Source of the DNA: Verrucomicrobiia bacterium | GTDB taxonomy: Bacteria; Verrucomicrobiota; Verrucomicrobiia; Limisphaerales; UBA1319 | Assembly: GCA_963664225.1 (NCBI GenBank) | Contig: OY760937.1 | Location: forward strand, 2,272,001 to 2,336,000 | DNA length: 64,000 nucleotides | Direction of reading: 5' to 3' | In this document: positions 29,162 to 38,541 of the stretch, one piece after another | Position numbering within the stretch: the stretch's first letter is position 1 | Layout: the number at the start of each line of letters is the position of its first letter | Notes under the pieces: generated by a model | Databases searched by the model: none | Told to the model about the DNA's origin: nothing | Seen by the model: the letters and a program-made list of their open reading frames with translations, nothing else | Translations under genes and position numbers: made by a program

Positions 29162-30454
29162 TCAATCTTTTGTGGCGGATGCCCCGCTTTTGGCGAAAGG
29201 AACTTTTACCCGTATGGTGGTGCCCTGCCCGGGATCGGACTCGATGGTTAAGACGCCACACGCAAAAACCGCGCGTTCGCGCATGCCAAGCAAACCAATA
29301 TTGGGTTTCGCCTTTCGCGTGCCCGGGTGCCGATCCGGATCGAAGCCCACCCCGTCGTCCTGGATTGTCATCTCGACACCCGTGACATCGTGCGTCAGAA
29401 GTATGTTGACATGTCGGGCGCGGGCGTGTTTCTCCACATTCGTCAAGGCTTCCTGGAAAATGCGGTAGAGTGCCAGTTCGGTATCGGCGGGCAGCCGTTT
29501 TGTCAACTTCGCACAACTCACTTGCAAGCCCACACCGATTTTTTCAGCGAACTCCTCGCTGTCCCTGCGCAGGAGTGAGGCCAGACCCAGATGCTCCAAA
29601 ACGCTGGGGAGCAGGTTTTGGGAAATGCGCTCCACCTCCTCGACCGTCATGCCGATGATCGCCTGGAGTTTTATCGCCTCCTCCTTCGCCGACCTGTTGT
29701 GGGCCGGAAGCCTGTTCACCAGCACCTGGCTCCGAACCTGGACAGCGCAGAGCATCTGTGTCACGGTGTCGTGCAATTCCAGCGCCACGCGGGCGCGTTC
29801 AACTTCCTGCGCCTGCACCACGCGGTGCGTTAAGGCCCGCAGCAGTTCCTCGCTTCGGCGGGACTCCGTCAAGTCCGTCACCACCATGCCGATGGTCGCG
29901 CGATTTGAGCCATCCTCTGCTGTTGGACGAATGGAGATTTGCGCGGGCACTTGCGATCCGTCGCCGCACTTGAGCGTCACCTGGATTTTGGATCCGGATT
30001 TGCCGACCCTTTTCATAAGTGGGCGGAGGATGGCCAGATCTTCTGCGGAAAGAAACCGACGAAAGGACGTGCTGATCACCTGCTCCAGCGGACATTTGAC
30101 CATTCTGGAAAAGCACTGGTTGGCATAGAGAATCAGCTTTTCGGTGGTCAGCGTGAGCGCCCCTTCATTCATGGATTCGATGAGCACCCGATAGGGGTGC
30201 TCGGCGCCTTCCAGCGTGAACACCTGTGAGCCTTCCTTGCCCGCGACCATCACCGTATCCACCTCGCCGGTGCGGATGGCGCGGAGCGTTTCCTCGGCGG
30301 CGGCAAGGCGGGTGCGGAGTTGGTCCAATTCGCCGTCGTTCACCGCTGTGGGGCGACTGCCGTGCTGTCGAAGCTTGCGTGGGGGCGCCGGCCCGGGCGG
30401 CGCATCGGAAGTGGAACGAGTCTGGCGGGGCGTCTTCAAAGTGCGATTTTGCAT
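29162..30454 (-). CDS. PAS sensor histidine kinase, HisKA_3 class, with KaiB-cluster-type N-terminus
   Basis: AEETLRAIRTGEVD, ERARVALELHD, QEALTNVEKH and DDGVGF. Confidence 0.92.
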   Translation of the reverse strand: MQNRTLKTPRQTRSTSDAPPGPAPPRKLRQHGSRPTAVNDGELDQLRTRLAAAEETLRAIRTGEVDTVMVAGKEGSQVFTLEGAEHPYRVLIESMNEGALTLTTEKLILYANQCFSRMVKCPLEQVISTSFRRFLSAEDLAILRPLMKRVGKSGSKIQVTLKCGDGSQVPAQISIRPTAEDGSNRATIGMVVTDLTESRRSEELLRALTHRVVQAQEVERARVALELHDTVTQMLCAVQVRSQVLVNRLPAHNRSAKEEAIKLQAIIGMTVEEVERISQNLLPSVLEHLGLASLLRRDSEEFAEKIGVGLQVSCAKLTKRLPADTELALYRIFQEALTNVEKHARARHVNILLTHDVTGVEMTIQDDGVGFDPDRHPGTRKAKPNIGLLGMRERAVFACGVLTIESDPGQGTTIRVKVPFAKSGASATKD

Positions 30455-30789
30455 TTTGCGCTCAAATCAACCCCGACGAACAGGCCGTTGATATTCGCAA
30501 GGTTTCCGATGAAAAGGCGCACGGGGGTTGGAAATTTTATGATCAGCGTCGGGGTTGCCACGATCTGGTTTTTACGCGCCATTTCTGGCTGCTGATAGAT
30601 GTCGATCACTTCCAGGTCGCAGTTGCCTTTCATCTTGGTTTCGATTAATTGGCGAACGTGCAGGACGGCTTGGTGCGAGCGCTCCGTGGCTCCCGCCACA
30701 AACAGTCGCAGGACGTATTTATCCTTGGACCTGGCGGTCAGTGACTTCAAGGTGGTCTTGGCTGGGCGGCGGGTTATTTTGGTGATCAT
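30436..30789 (-). CDS. kaiB: KaiB family protein
   Basis: YVLRLFVAG, LEVIDIYQQP and IVATPTL. Confidence 0.92.
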   Translation of the reverse strand: MITKITRRPAKTTLKSLTARSKDKYVLRLFVAGATERSHQAVLHVRQLIETKMKGNCDLEVIDIYQQPEMARKNQIVATPTLIIKFPTPVRLFIGNLANINGLFVGVDLSAKCKIAL

Positions 30790-30816
30790 GGGCGTGGGTC
30801 GTGGTTAATCAGTCGC

Positions 30817-30919
30817 TCACAAATCCAGCCCGATGATTACTCGAGCGGTATCGGTTAATCTGCCAGGAATGGTCCGAACCGGCTTTGGCAATTCGCCGAT
30901 TGATTGTTTTGATTTTCAT
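30817..30919 (-). pseudogene. kaiB: Internally deleted second kaiB
   Basis: ATG coupled to the kaiC stop (TGATG) reads MKIKTI. In a shifted frame, 30900-30817 reads IGELPKPVRTIPGRLTDTARVIIGLDL*, a KaiB C-terminus. Confidence 0.8.
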
Positions 30920-32676
30920 CAACATCTCCTTGGCAGTTTTGGTTTGCCCCGCGCGCCGACTGCCACCTTGATATCCGCCTGACGCAGTCGGCTTGATTCC
31001 GCCCGTTCGGTGCCCAGCACGGAAGTGCGCGTGCCAACCTGTTCGGCGATCCGCCGCAGTTCCGCGGCTTCGGTTTCGTAATCGGAGCGCAGTCCGCTGA
31101 TCTGTCGTTCGAGCGCGCCTCGTTTGCGCTCCACCTCCCGCTTGAGCTGGGCGGCTTCCTGCTGGCCAGCGAGCACTGCGGCTTTTTCGAGCGCTCCCTG
31201 CGCCGCGCGGGCGGAACCGGTCAACACGCCACTGGCCCCGATATAGGCGTCCACGACATCAATGCCCCGGTCCGAAATCAGAAACTCGCGGATTTGGTTC
31301 GAGTGTGACATCCCGCGCGCTTTGAGCACGTATAGCACGCGATTGCGTTCACCGTTCCCTTCAAAGTCCTGCAATAACACCCAGGCGTCCATGAGCGAGG
31401 ACATGGCGTTTTCGCTCTGTTGCAGGGCGTGCCCGCCCTCCGTCAGACTGGTGAAGAGCGAGGTGATTTGACCGGCTTTCAAATAGTCAATCAGCCGCGT
31501 CACCATCCCCTTGCCCTCGTAGTCAGCGCCGGAATCCATCAGGCTGGTGATCGGATCCACGATGACAACGTGGGGTTTAAAGGTGGCGATCTCCTTGAAC
31601 ATGGTGGCCAGGTGCATTTCCAGGCCGTAGAGAGATGGCCGCGCCGAGTGAAACCGCAGCAAGCCGCGCTTGACCAGAGGCTCCAGGCGCAATCCGATCG
31701 AACGCATGTTACGGATGATCTGGTCGGGAGATTCTTCAAACGAGAAAAAGAGCACACGCTCCCCGCGCAGGGCGGCCGCCTGGGCAAAGTTGGCGGAGAT
31801 GATGGTCTTGCCCGTGCCGGCTGTGCCCGTGAGCAGGATGCTGCTCCCACGAAAGAATCCCTTCCCGCCCAGCATCGCGTCAAGCCGGTGTATTCCAGTG
31901 GCAATCCGCTCATCCGACACCGTGTGATTCAGCGACAGCGACGTGATCGGCAGCACGCTGATGCCCTCGGCGCCGATGAGAAACGGAAACTCGTTGGTGC
32001 CGTGTTGCGCGCCGCGATATTTCACCACCCGCAAATGACGCGTGGCAATCTGGTCATTGACCCGGTGGTCAAGCAGGATGACGCAGTCGGACACGTACTC
32101 CTCCAGCCCGTGGCGCGTCATTTGATCGCGCCCACGCTCCGCCGTGATGACCGCGGTCATGCCCTTTTCCTTGAGCCAGCGGAAGAGTCGGCGCAACTCG
32201 GAGCGCAGGATGGCTTCGTTGGGCAGGCTGGCGAACAACACTTCCAGTGTGTCCAGCACAACGCGTTTGGCGCCGATGGAATCAATCGCATGACCGAGCC
32301 GGACGAACAATCCTTCCAGGTCATAGTCCCCACTTTCCTGAATTTCGCTGCGCTCCACATGGACGTAATCGATGACGATCTTTTTGCTCAGGACCAGTCC
32401 TTCCAGATCGAATCCGAGCGACGCGACGTTGGCCTTCAACTCCTTCTCGGTCTCTTCAAAAGCCATCAGCACGCCCGGCTCGCCGAAGGTCGCCGCTCCG
32501 CGCACGAGGAATTCCGCCGCCAGTAGCGTCTTGCCACAACCTGCGCCGCCACATACCAGCGTGGGCCGTCCGCGCGGCAACCCGCCGCCAGTGATTTCGT
32601 CGAGCCCCTGGATGCCCGTGGGACACTTTGGCAATGGAATTGCAGTTGAGGCGAAGTGGAAATTATTCTTTTTCAT
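30919..32676 (-). CDS. kaiC: KaiC double-domain ATPase/kinase with C-terminal coiled coil
   Basis: Two Walker A motifs (GGAGCGKT, GTAGTGKT), AFEE and SFEE, KYRG and KARG; SSLMD at the phosphosite position. Confidence 0.95.
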   Translation of the reverse strand: MKKNNFHFASTAIPLPKCPTGIQGLDEITGGGLPRGRPTLVCGGAGCGKTLLAAEFLVRGAATFGEPGVLMAFEETEKELKANVASLGFDLEGLVLSKKIVIDYVHVERSEIQESGDYDLEGLFVRLGHAIDSIGAKRVVLDTLEVLFASLPNEAILRSELRRLFRWLKEKGMTAVITAERGRDQMTRHGLEEYVSDCVILLDHRVNDQIATRHLRVVKYRGAQHGTNEFPFLIGAEGISVLPITSLSLNHTVSDERIATGIHRLDAMLGGKGFFRGSSILLTGTAGTGKTIISANFAQAAALRGERVLFFSFEESPDQIIRNMRSIGLRLEPLVKRGLLRFHSARPSLYGLEMHLATMFKEIATFKPHVVIVDPITSLMDSGADYEGKGMVTRLIDYLKAGQITSLFTSLTEGGHALQQSENAMSSLMDAWVLLQDFEGNGERNRVLYVLKARGMSHSNQIREFLISDRGIDVVDAYIGASGVLTGSARAAQGALEKAAVLAGQQEAAQLKREVERKRGALERQISGLRSDYETEAAELRRIAEQVGTRTSVLGTERAESSRLRQADIKVAVGARGKPKLPRRC

Positions 32677-32798
32677 TCAATGACATTCGCTTCAAGCGCG
32701 GGTGAAATACCGGGTGTATCCGATAATGGCAGATCTTGGTTTTATTTAATGACCGCATGTTGCTGGTTCCATACTAACCCTTTAGATTGGAATGTTAT

Positions 32799-32816
32799 AT
32801 GGGGTGAACACCCCAT
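32799..32816. promoter_or_regulatory. Recurrent palindromic site, copy 5 (ATGGGGT-GAAC-ACCCCAT), upstream of kaiC
   Basis: Perfect 7-4-7 inverted repeat. Minus-strand -10-like TAGTAT at 32776-32771, at the same spacing as in copy 1. Confidence 0.7.
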
Positions 32817-33184
32817 GGTGCGCAGCCATTCCTTCTCCTAACGTGGTGGCACCGAAACCTTTGCCGCCACACATAAGCCACAAACAAAATCCATGCCAAA
32901 AAGCTGTGCTGCAATGCGATTTTCAGCACAACGGCAATTGCTGATTCAAGGGGATAGGATCATGGGCCGGTGGCGTTCATGAACAAATTTGACTTCGGCG
33001 TGACCTCCTGCTTTCGATCCGCACAAATGGATTCGAGACTCACGTTTCCTATTGTGAGAACGGTTGATCTTGTGTCGCGCAGAAAATGCCCCCATTCTCC
33101 AATCTCCCAACACGCATTCGCGTTCTGTCCTCCAGAGACCTGCGAAGGCACTGCGTTGCCCGGGAAAAGCAACGATTGAACAAC

Positions 33185-33388
33185 TTAAAAATAACCGCGA
33201 ATCGATATCCAGAGAATGACCAGGGAAAGAACCCCGGCCACGGTAATCCAGATCGCGGATAAAAAATAAGAAAGGGCCATCAACACCAAGCCGATAAGAA
33301 ACGGCGCAAATTCCTGCCTTTTCCTTCCATAGACAAAGATCGCGAGACCGAGCGTTCCCCAGATAAATGAGGCAATAAATGTGGCCAT
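33185..33388 (-). CDS. Small membrane protein
   Basis: MATFIASFIWGTLGLAIFVYGRKRQ...; three hydrophobic segments. Start uncertain. Confidence 0.65.
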   Translation of the reverse strand: MATFIASFIWGTLGLAIFVYGRKRQEFAPFLIGLVLMALSYFLSAIWITVAGVLSLVILWISIRGYF

Positions 33389-33690
33389 AAAAATCAGCCC
33401 AGCAGGCCCGGAGTGGGCGGTTTCCGAGCGTCGGTTTTTTGAGTTCCGGGGAATGCCGTTTTCACACTCATCGAGTTGAATATCCTCCGACTGCGTCCTC
33501 TCTTCAAGTCTGGGATTCAACCCTGCGGGGGCAAATACCTTCCGGCTTTAAGGAACTTGAAAGAGACCGGCCGGTTCGTTGGGCGGGGCTCCGCGGCCTG
33601 GCGGCATTTTCGGGGGTCTGGTGGCGCGCAGAGGAAATGCAGCGCGGGCTTGTTCTCTGCGGTTAATCGGCTAGAGTGGCGGAGTCATTC

Positions 33691-34197
33691 ATGAATACAA
33701 CCAAGCTCAAAACCCCCAGGGACAGCCGCGTTGAGTCCCGTTACATCGTGATGCCGCAGCACGCCAACGATTACGGCATCGCATTTGGCGGCACGATCAT
33801 GGCGTGGATTGACATGGTTGCGGGGATGGTGGCCCAGAAACATTGCGGCTGCGAGGTGGTCACGGTGAGCATCGATAAACTCTCGTTTCACGAGCCGGTC
33901 CAGATCGGCGACCACGTGGTGCTCAAAGCCAGCGCGAATTATGTGGGCACCACCTCGATGGAAATCGGGGTTCAAGTGACGCGGGAAAACCCCTACAGCG
34001 GCGAATCCCGGCGCGCCACCACGGCCTATCTGACTTTTGTCGGCATCTCCAAAAGCGGCCGTCCCGTGCCCATTCCGGGACTGCAGCCGGAGTCTCCCGA
34101 CGAAATCCGGCGTTATGAAAATGCCCGGCTCCGCGTGGAGTCGCGCAAGGAATTGCTCAAAAAAATCAAAGCCAAAAACCCGCCCGGTCCGGCTTGA
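33691..34197 (+). CDS. Acyl-CoA thioesterase (hotdog fold, YciA-like)
   Basis: PQHANDYGIAFGGTIMAWID, VGTTSMEIGV and AYLTFV. Confidence 0.92.
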   Translation: MNTTKLKTPRDSRVESRYIVMPQHANDYGIAFGGTIMAWIDMVAGMVAQKHCGCEVVTVSIDKLSFHEPVQIGDHVVLKASANYVGTTSMEIGVQVTRENPYSGESRRATTAYLTFVGISKSGRPVPIPGLQPESPDEIRRYENARLRVESRKELLKKIKAKNPPGPA

Positions 34198-34239
34198 CCC
34201 TCTTGAAAGGGTCTTATAGGTTTGGCGAAACTCTTGAAC

Positions 34240-35196
34240 ATGAGAATTTTAATCCTCTTCGCTTTGATGGTGGCCGTGGCCGCGAATCGCACCGCAGCCG
34301 AACCGGCTTTGGCCGACGGCATCGCCGTGGTGGTCAATGACGTGGTGATCACTTACCGGGACGTCGAATCCTCCATCGGGCCGGCCATCGAGTTGCTGAC
34401 CCGGCAATACGAGAAAGATCAGGCGACATTTCAAAAGAAAGTCACCGAGTTGCAACGGGAGAGCATCGAGGAATTGGTCGAGCGGCAGCTTATTTTGTTC
34501 GATTTCACCAACTCAGGATACAATCTGCCCGAAAGCATCATCGACGACAGTGTTCAGCAGCGCATTCGGGACGATTACCGGGACCGTGTCACATTGACCA
34601 AGACGCTGCGGGCCCAGGGCATGACTTACGAGACCTTCAAGAGAAACGTCCGGGAAAACATCGTCATCGGAGCTTTGCGTGATAAACACATCAACCAGGC
34701 CCTGATCATTTCCCCGCAGAAAATCGAGGCCTACTATCAGACCAACAAGACGCAGTTTCAGATGGAGGATCAGGTTCACCTGCGCATGATTGTGCTCAAC
34801 AAGGCCAAGGACGATCCCACGGCTGCGCCCGCGCTGGCCAAGGAAATTCTAAGCAAGCTCGACGGGGGCACCTCCTTTGCCGAGATGGCGGGAGTTTATT
34901 CGGAAGGCTCGCAGAAAAGCCAGGGCGGCGATTGGGGGTGGGTGGACCGCTCGGTGTTGCGCAAGGACCTGGTCGATACCGCCTTTTCCCTGAAGCCCGG
35001 CCAGCACAGCGGGGTGATCGACACCCCGGAAGCCTGCTACCTCATGCTGGTGGAGGATGTTCGCGGTTCGCACCTCAAGCCCATGGTTGAAGTGCGCGCG
35101 GACATCGAGAAGACCCTCATGGCTCAGGAGCAGGGTCGCCTTCAAAAACAATGGATCGAACGGCTCAAGAAAAAAGCCTACATCCGCTACTACTGA
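34240..35196 (+). CDS. SurA-like periplasmic peptidyl-prolyl isomerase (parvulin)
   Basis: Signal peptide, DGIAVVVNDVVIT, FAEMAGVYSEG..GGDWGW; directly upstream of pdxA. Confidence 0.88.
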   Translation: MRILILFALMVAVAANRTAAEPALADGIAVVVNDVVITYRDVESSIGPAIELLTRQYEKDQATFQKKVTELQRESIEELVERQLILFDFTNSGYNLPESIIDDSVQQRIRDDYRDRVTLTKTLRAQGMTYETFKRNVRENIVIGALRDKHINQALIISPQKIEAYYQTNKTQFQMEDQVHLRMIVLNKAKDDPTAAPALAKEILSKLDGGTSFAEMAGVYSEGSQKSQGGDWGWVDRSVLRKDLVDTAFSLKPGQHSGVIDTPEACYLMLVEDVRGSHLKPMVEVRADIEKTLMAQEQGRLQKQWIERLKKKAYIRYY

Positions 35197-35244
35197 CGCG
35201 CATGGGCGTTAAACGTTTTGACGCCCGGTCCGCGTTTTCAACCC

Positions 35245-36228
35245 ATGTCCCAATGGATTGGCATTTGTCTGGGCGATCCGACCGGTATCGGGCCTGAGAT
35301 TACGCTCAAAACCCTCGAGCGGGAGTTGCCTTCGGACGATGTCCGCTATTTAATCCTGGGCGATTTGCCCCTGCTCCAGCGCCTTTCCCGCGCATTGCAA
35401 CTGCAACTTCCGCTCGTTCCCTTTCGCAATTACGAGATGACAGAGCGGGTGGCTGTATTCAATCCCCTGTCGGAGCCGTTGCCCGAGAACCTGCCCCAGG
35501 GCGGGTCGGAAGCCGCCCGCGCAGCGGTGGCGTGGCTCGAAGAAGGCGCCCGGCGCTGCTTGAGTGGTTCCATCAAGGCCATCCTCACCGCGCCTGTCAG
35601 CAAGGAAGCCATCATTCGAGCGGGCATCCCATTCGTCGGCCAGACCGAGCACCTGAGCCGGATGGCTGGAACCGCGCGCACGGGAATGTTGCTCATGGGC
35701 GAAGACGACCGGGGACGCTGGCTGCGCGTCCTCCTGGCCACCACGCATGTCCCCATCAAGGATCTCCCTGCGGCCCTGACCCGCGCGAAGGTCGAACTGG
35801 CCATCGAAATGGCCGCGCTCGCCTGCCGACAACTTCGCCTAAGCCGCGCGCGTATTGGCGTCTGCGGCCTCAATCCGCACGCCGGGGAAGGTGGAAAAAT
35901 GGGAACCGAGGAAATCACAACCATCTCTCCAGCCGTGAACGCCGGGCGCGCCGCCGGGATGGACGCCTGCGGGCCTGTTGCCGCCGACGCCTTGTTTTAT
36001 CAGGCTTATCGGGGGGATTTCGACATGGTGGTGGCCATGTATCACGATCAGGGGTTGGCTCCGCTCAAAATGATCGGCTTCGAAAAAGGCATCAACTGGA
36101 CCGTGGGCCTTCCCTTCATCCGCACCTCACCCGATCACGGCACCGCCTACAACATCGTTGGACAGAACGTGGCGAACCCCTCCAGCATGGTCGCCGCACT
36201 GCGATTGGCCAAGTTTTTGACGCCGTAA
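35245..36228 (+). CDS. pdxA: 4-hydroxythreonine-4-phosphate dehydrogenase
   Basis: GDPTGIGPE, GLNPHAGE, AMYHDQG and RTSPDHGTA. Confidence 0.95.
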   Translation: MSQWIGICLGDPTGIGPEITLKTLERELPSDDVRYLILGDLPLLQRLSRALQLQLPLVPFRNYEMTERVAVFNPLSEPLPENLPQGGSEAARAAVAWLEEGARRCLSGSIKAILTAPVSKEAIIRAGIPFVGQTEHLSRMAGTARTGMLLMGEDDRGRWLRVLLATTHVPIKDLPAALTRAKVELAIEMAALACRQLRLSRARIGVCGLNPHAGEGGKMGTEEITTISPAVNAGRAAGMDACGPVAADALFYQAYRGDFDMVVAMYHDQGLAPLKMIGFEKGINWTVGLPFIRTSPDHGTAYNIVGQNVANPSSMVAALRLAKFLTP

Positions 36229-36329
36229 GTGTCAGTCCTCGCCTTTGACACTCGCCTCATGCAGCAGTTTGCAAACGCCGTGTTGCCCGGCAGACCGGGA
36301 TGGATATCTCTCGAGCGCCCAGGGCGCAA

Positions 36330-36797
36330 TCAGGCCTTGCCCTTGACCTTGGAATTGTCGTTTTCGGCCGATTTGAGCGCCAGATTCAGAAAGCCGATGA
36401 GCTTGGCCATGTTTACCGGTTTGTAGAGAACGACGGTTTTGGTGCGCTTGATAAAGGCATCGACTTTGGGATGACCTTCGTGGCCGGTGATGACGATGAA
36501 CCGGCGGCAGAGATGGGGTTTGGTTCTCTCAATGGCCTGGAAAAACATGTCGCCGGCCATATTGGGCATCATCATATCGCACAGGATGACGTCCACGTCC
36601 TCTTTCATGACGGCTTTGAGGGCCTCGACGCCATCGGTGGCTGTGCTCACACGAAACCCCTTGCCTTCGAGCAATTCCTTGTTGAGTTGCAGCCATTCCA
36701 AGTCATCATCCACCATTAAAACATGTCTCATAACCGGTCCGAACCTTACCGCGCTTTGCGGATTATTACGGTTTTGAGAGTCGGAAAGCAATTTCAT
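36330..36797 (-). CDS. Single-domain response regulator
   Basis: VLMVDDD, ILCDMMMP and LYKP. Confidence 0.85.
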   Translation of the reverse strand: MKLLSDSQNRNNPQSAVRFGPVMRHVLMVDDDLEWLQLNKELLEGKGFRVSTATDGVEALKAVMKEDVDVILCDMMMPNMAGDMFFQAIERTKPHLCRRFIVITGHEGHPKVDAFIKRTKTVVLYKPVNMAKLIGFLNLALKSAENDNSKVKGKA

Positions 36798-36931
36798 TTC
36801 ACGGTAAATAGCGATTAAAACGGGATCTGATAAAAAGAAAGAAACCGGCCGCGCGATCCATTTCGATTGCCGCGGGAAACGGGGCGCGTTTTCCCTTGCC
36901 CGGCGCGGAAGGGTTGATTAGGCTCAAGGCC

Positions 36932-37936
36932 ATGAAATGTTGGTCTATCCGACTGGCCCTGATCCTTTTAGTGGTTCTGGCCGTGCCCTATCGGTGTCCT
37001 GCCCCCCTGATTTACCGCGTGGGGGAGGGCTGGTCTTACGAGGCGGTGGGCGGAACCAAATGGGAGCGCGCGCGCGCCAAAGACCAATTGGAAGTGGCGC
37101 AGCAGGCCTTTGAGAAGAAACAATACTCCGTGGCCCGCAAAGCCGCCAGCCGCGTGGTCAAACGCTGGCCTTTCTCGGATTATGCGCCTCAGGCGCAATA
37201 CCTTTTGGCCCGCATCCACGCAATGAGCGGCAATGATGAAAAGGCCTTTAAGGAATATCAAAAGCTGATCGAAAAATATCCCAAGGTCGAAAATTATCAG
37301 GAGGTTCTCAAGAAGCAGTATGACATCGCCAATCGCTACCTTGCCGGGGAATGGTTTAAATTGTGGGGCGTAATCCCCCTGGGGCCGTCGATGGACAAAA
37401 CAGTGGCGATGTACGAGAAGGTGATCAAGAACGGGCCGTTCAGCGAGGTTGCCCCCCAGTCCCAGCTTAACATCGGCGCGGCCCATGAAAAACGCTACTT
37501 CAAGGAATACACCAAGGCGGCCCAGGCGTATGAAAAGGCTGCGGACCGCTACCACGATCAGCCCAAAGTTGCGGCGGAGGCCCAATTCAAGACTGGCATG
37601 GCCTTCACCAAACAGGCCCGCACGGCGGAATATGACCAGAGCGTGGCTGGCAAAGCCATCGCCGCCTTCTCCGATTTCAACGTTCTTTACCCCGACGATC
37701 CGCGCGTATCGGAGTCCCAAAAGATCATCGCTTCCCTGAAAACCGAGCAGGCCCGCGGCTGCTACGCCATCGCCAAATTTTACGAAAAGCGCAAGCGTTG
37801 GAACGGTGCCCTCATTTACTACAACGAGGTCCTGGTCAAAGACCCCAGCTCAATTTACGCCACGGAAGCCAAGCAGCGCATCGAGGCGCTTAAAAAACGG
37901 ACGGCAGCGACGCCTCCGCCTGCCACAAAGAAATGA
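36932..37936 (+). CDS. bamD: Outer membrane assembly factor BamD-like TPR protein
   Basis: TPR repeats, YDQSVAGKAI..F...YP and IAKFYEK...GALIYY; adjacent to lptE. Confidence 0.8.
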   Translation: MKCWSIRLALILLVVLAVPYRCPAPLIYRVGEGWSYEAVGGTKWERARAKDQLEVAQQAFEKKQYSVARKAASRVVKRWPFSDYAPQAQYLLARIHAMSGNDEKAFKEYQKLIEKYPKVENYQEVLKKQYDIANRYLAGEWFKLWGVIPLGPSMDKTVAMYEKVIKNGPFSEVAPQSQLNIGAAHEKRYFKEYTKAAQAYEKAADRYHDQPKVAAEAQFKTGMAFTKQARTAEYDQSVAGKAIAAFSDFNVLYPDDPRVSESQKIIASLKTEQARGCYAIAKFYEKRKRWNGALIYYNEVLVKDPSSIYATEAKQRIEALKKRTAATPPPATKK

Positions 37937-38475
37937 AGACCCTAACGGCCCGATTTGCGCAATGGTCACCCTCCTGGTGTCTGGCGGTCATGATCCTGTC
38001 CTTGCTGGGAGCGGGCTGCGGCGGTTACAAGCTCGGCCCGACCAGCGGCATTGCCGCCGGATCACGGTCCATTCAGATCAACTTTTTCCAAAACAAAACG
38101 CTGGAACCCCGCCTGGTCGAGTCGATCAACAACGCGCTCCGCAAAAACCTCCAGCAGGAGGGCACCTACCGCCTGGCCACTGATGATGACGGCGACATCG
38201 TCGTCAACGGCACCATCACCGATTTCAAGCGTTCAGCGGTCGGTTTCCAACCGGCGGACATCCTGACCGTTCGCGATTACCTGATCTTCCTCACGGTACA
38301 TGTGCGCGCCACGGAACGGCTGACCGGCAAGGTCGTGCTGGATCGCGAATCCTACGGACGCACCACAATTCGCGTTGGGGCGGATCTGGCGAGCGCCGAG
38401 CGCGAGGCGGTGCCGATGCTTGCGGACGATCTGGCCAAGCGGGTGACCTCCATGCTGGTGGACGGTGCGTGGTAA
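37933..38475 (+). CDS. lptE: LPS assembly lipoprotein LptE family
   Basis: Lipobox AGC-GGYKLG and FFQNKTLEPRL. Confidence 0.8.
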   Translation: MKTLTARFAQWSPSWCLAVMILSLLGAGCGGYKLGPTSGIAAGSRSIQINFFQNKTLEPRLVESINNALRKNLQQEGTYRLATDDDGDIVVNGTITDFKRSAVGFQPADILTVRDYLIFLTVHVRATERLTGKVVLDRESYGRTTIRVGADLASAEREAVPMLADDLAKRVTSMLVDGAW

Positions 38476-38541
38476 GGAGACCGGCGGAGATGGGACGGAC
38501 GTTGGTTGCCACTGCGGCGCTTCATCACTATTCTAACCTGA

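Noticed and set aside
30436..32676. A true circadian clock
   Set aside because: No kaiA in the window and the context is two-component signalling; oscillation cannot be inferred from sequence.
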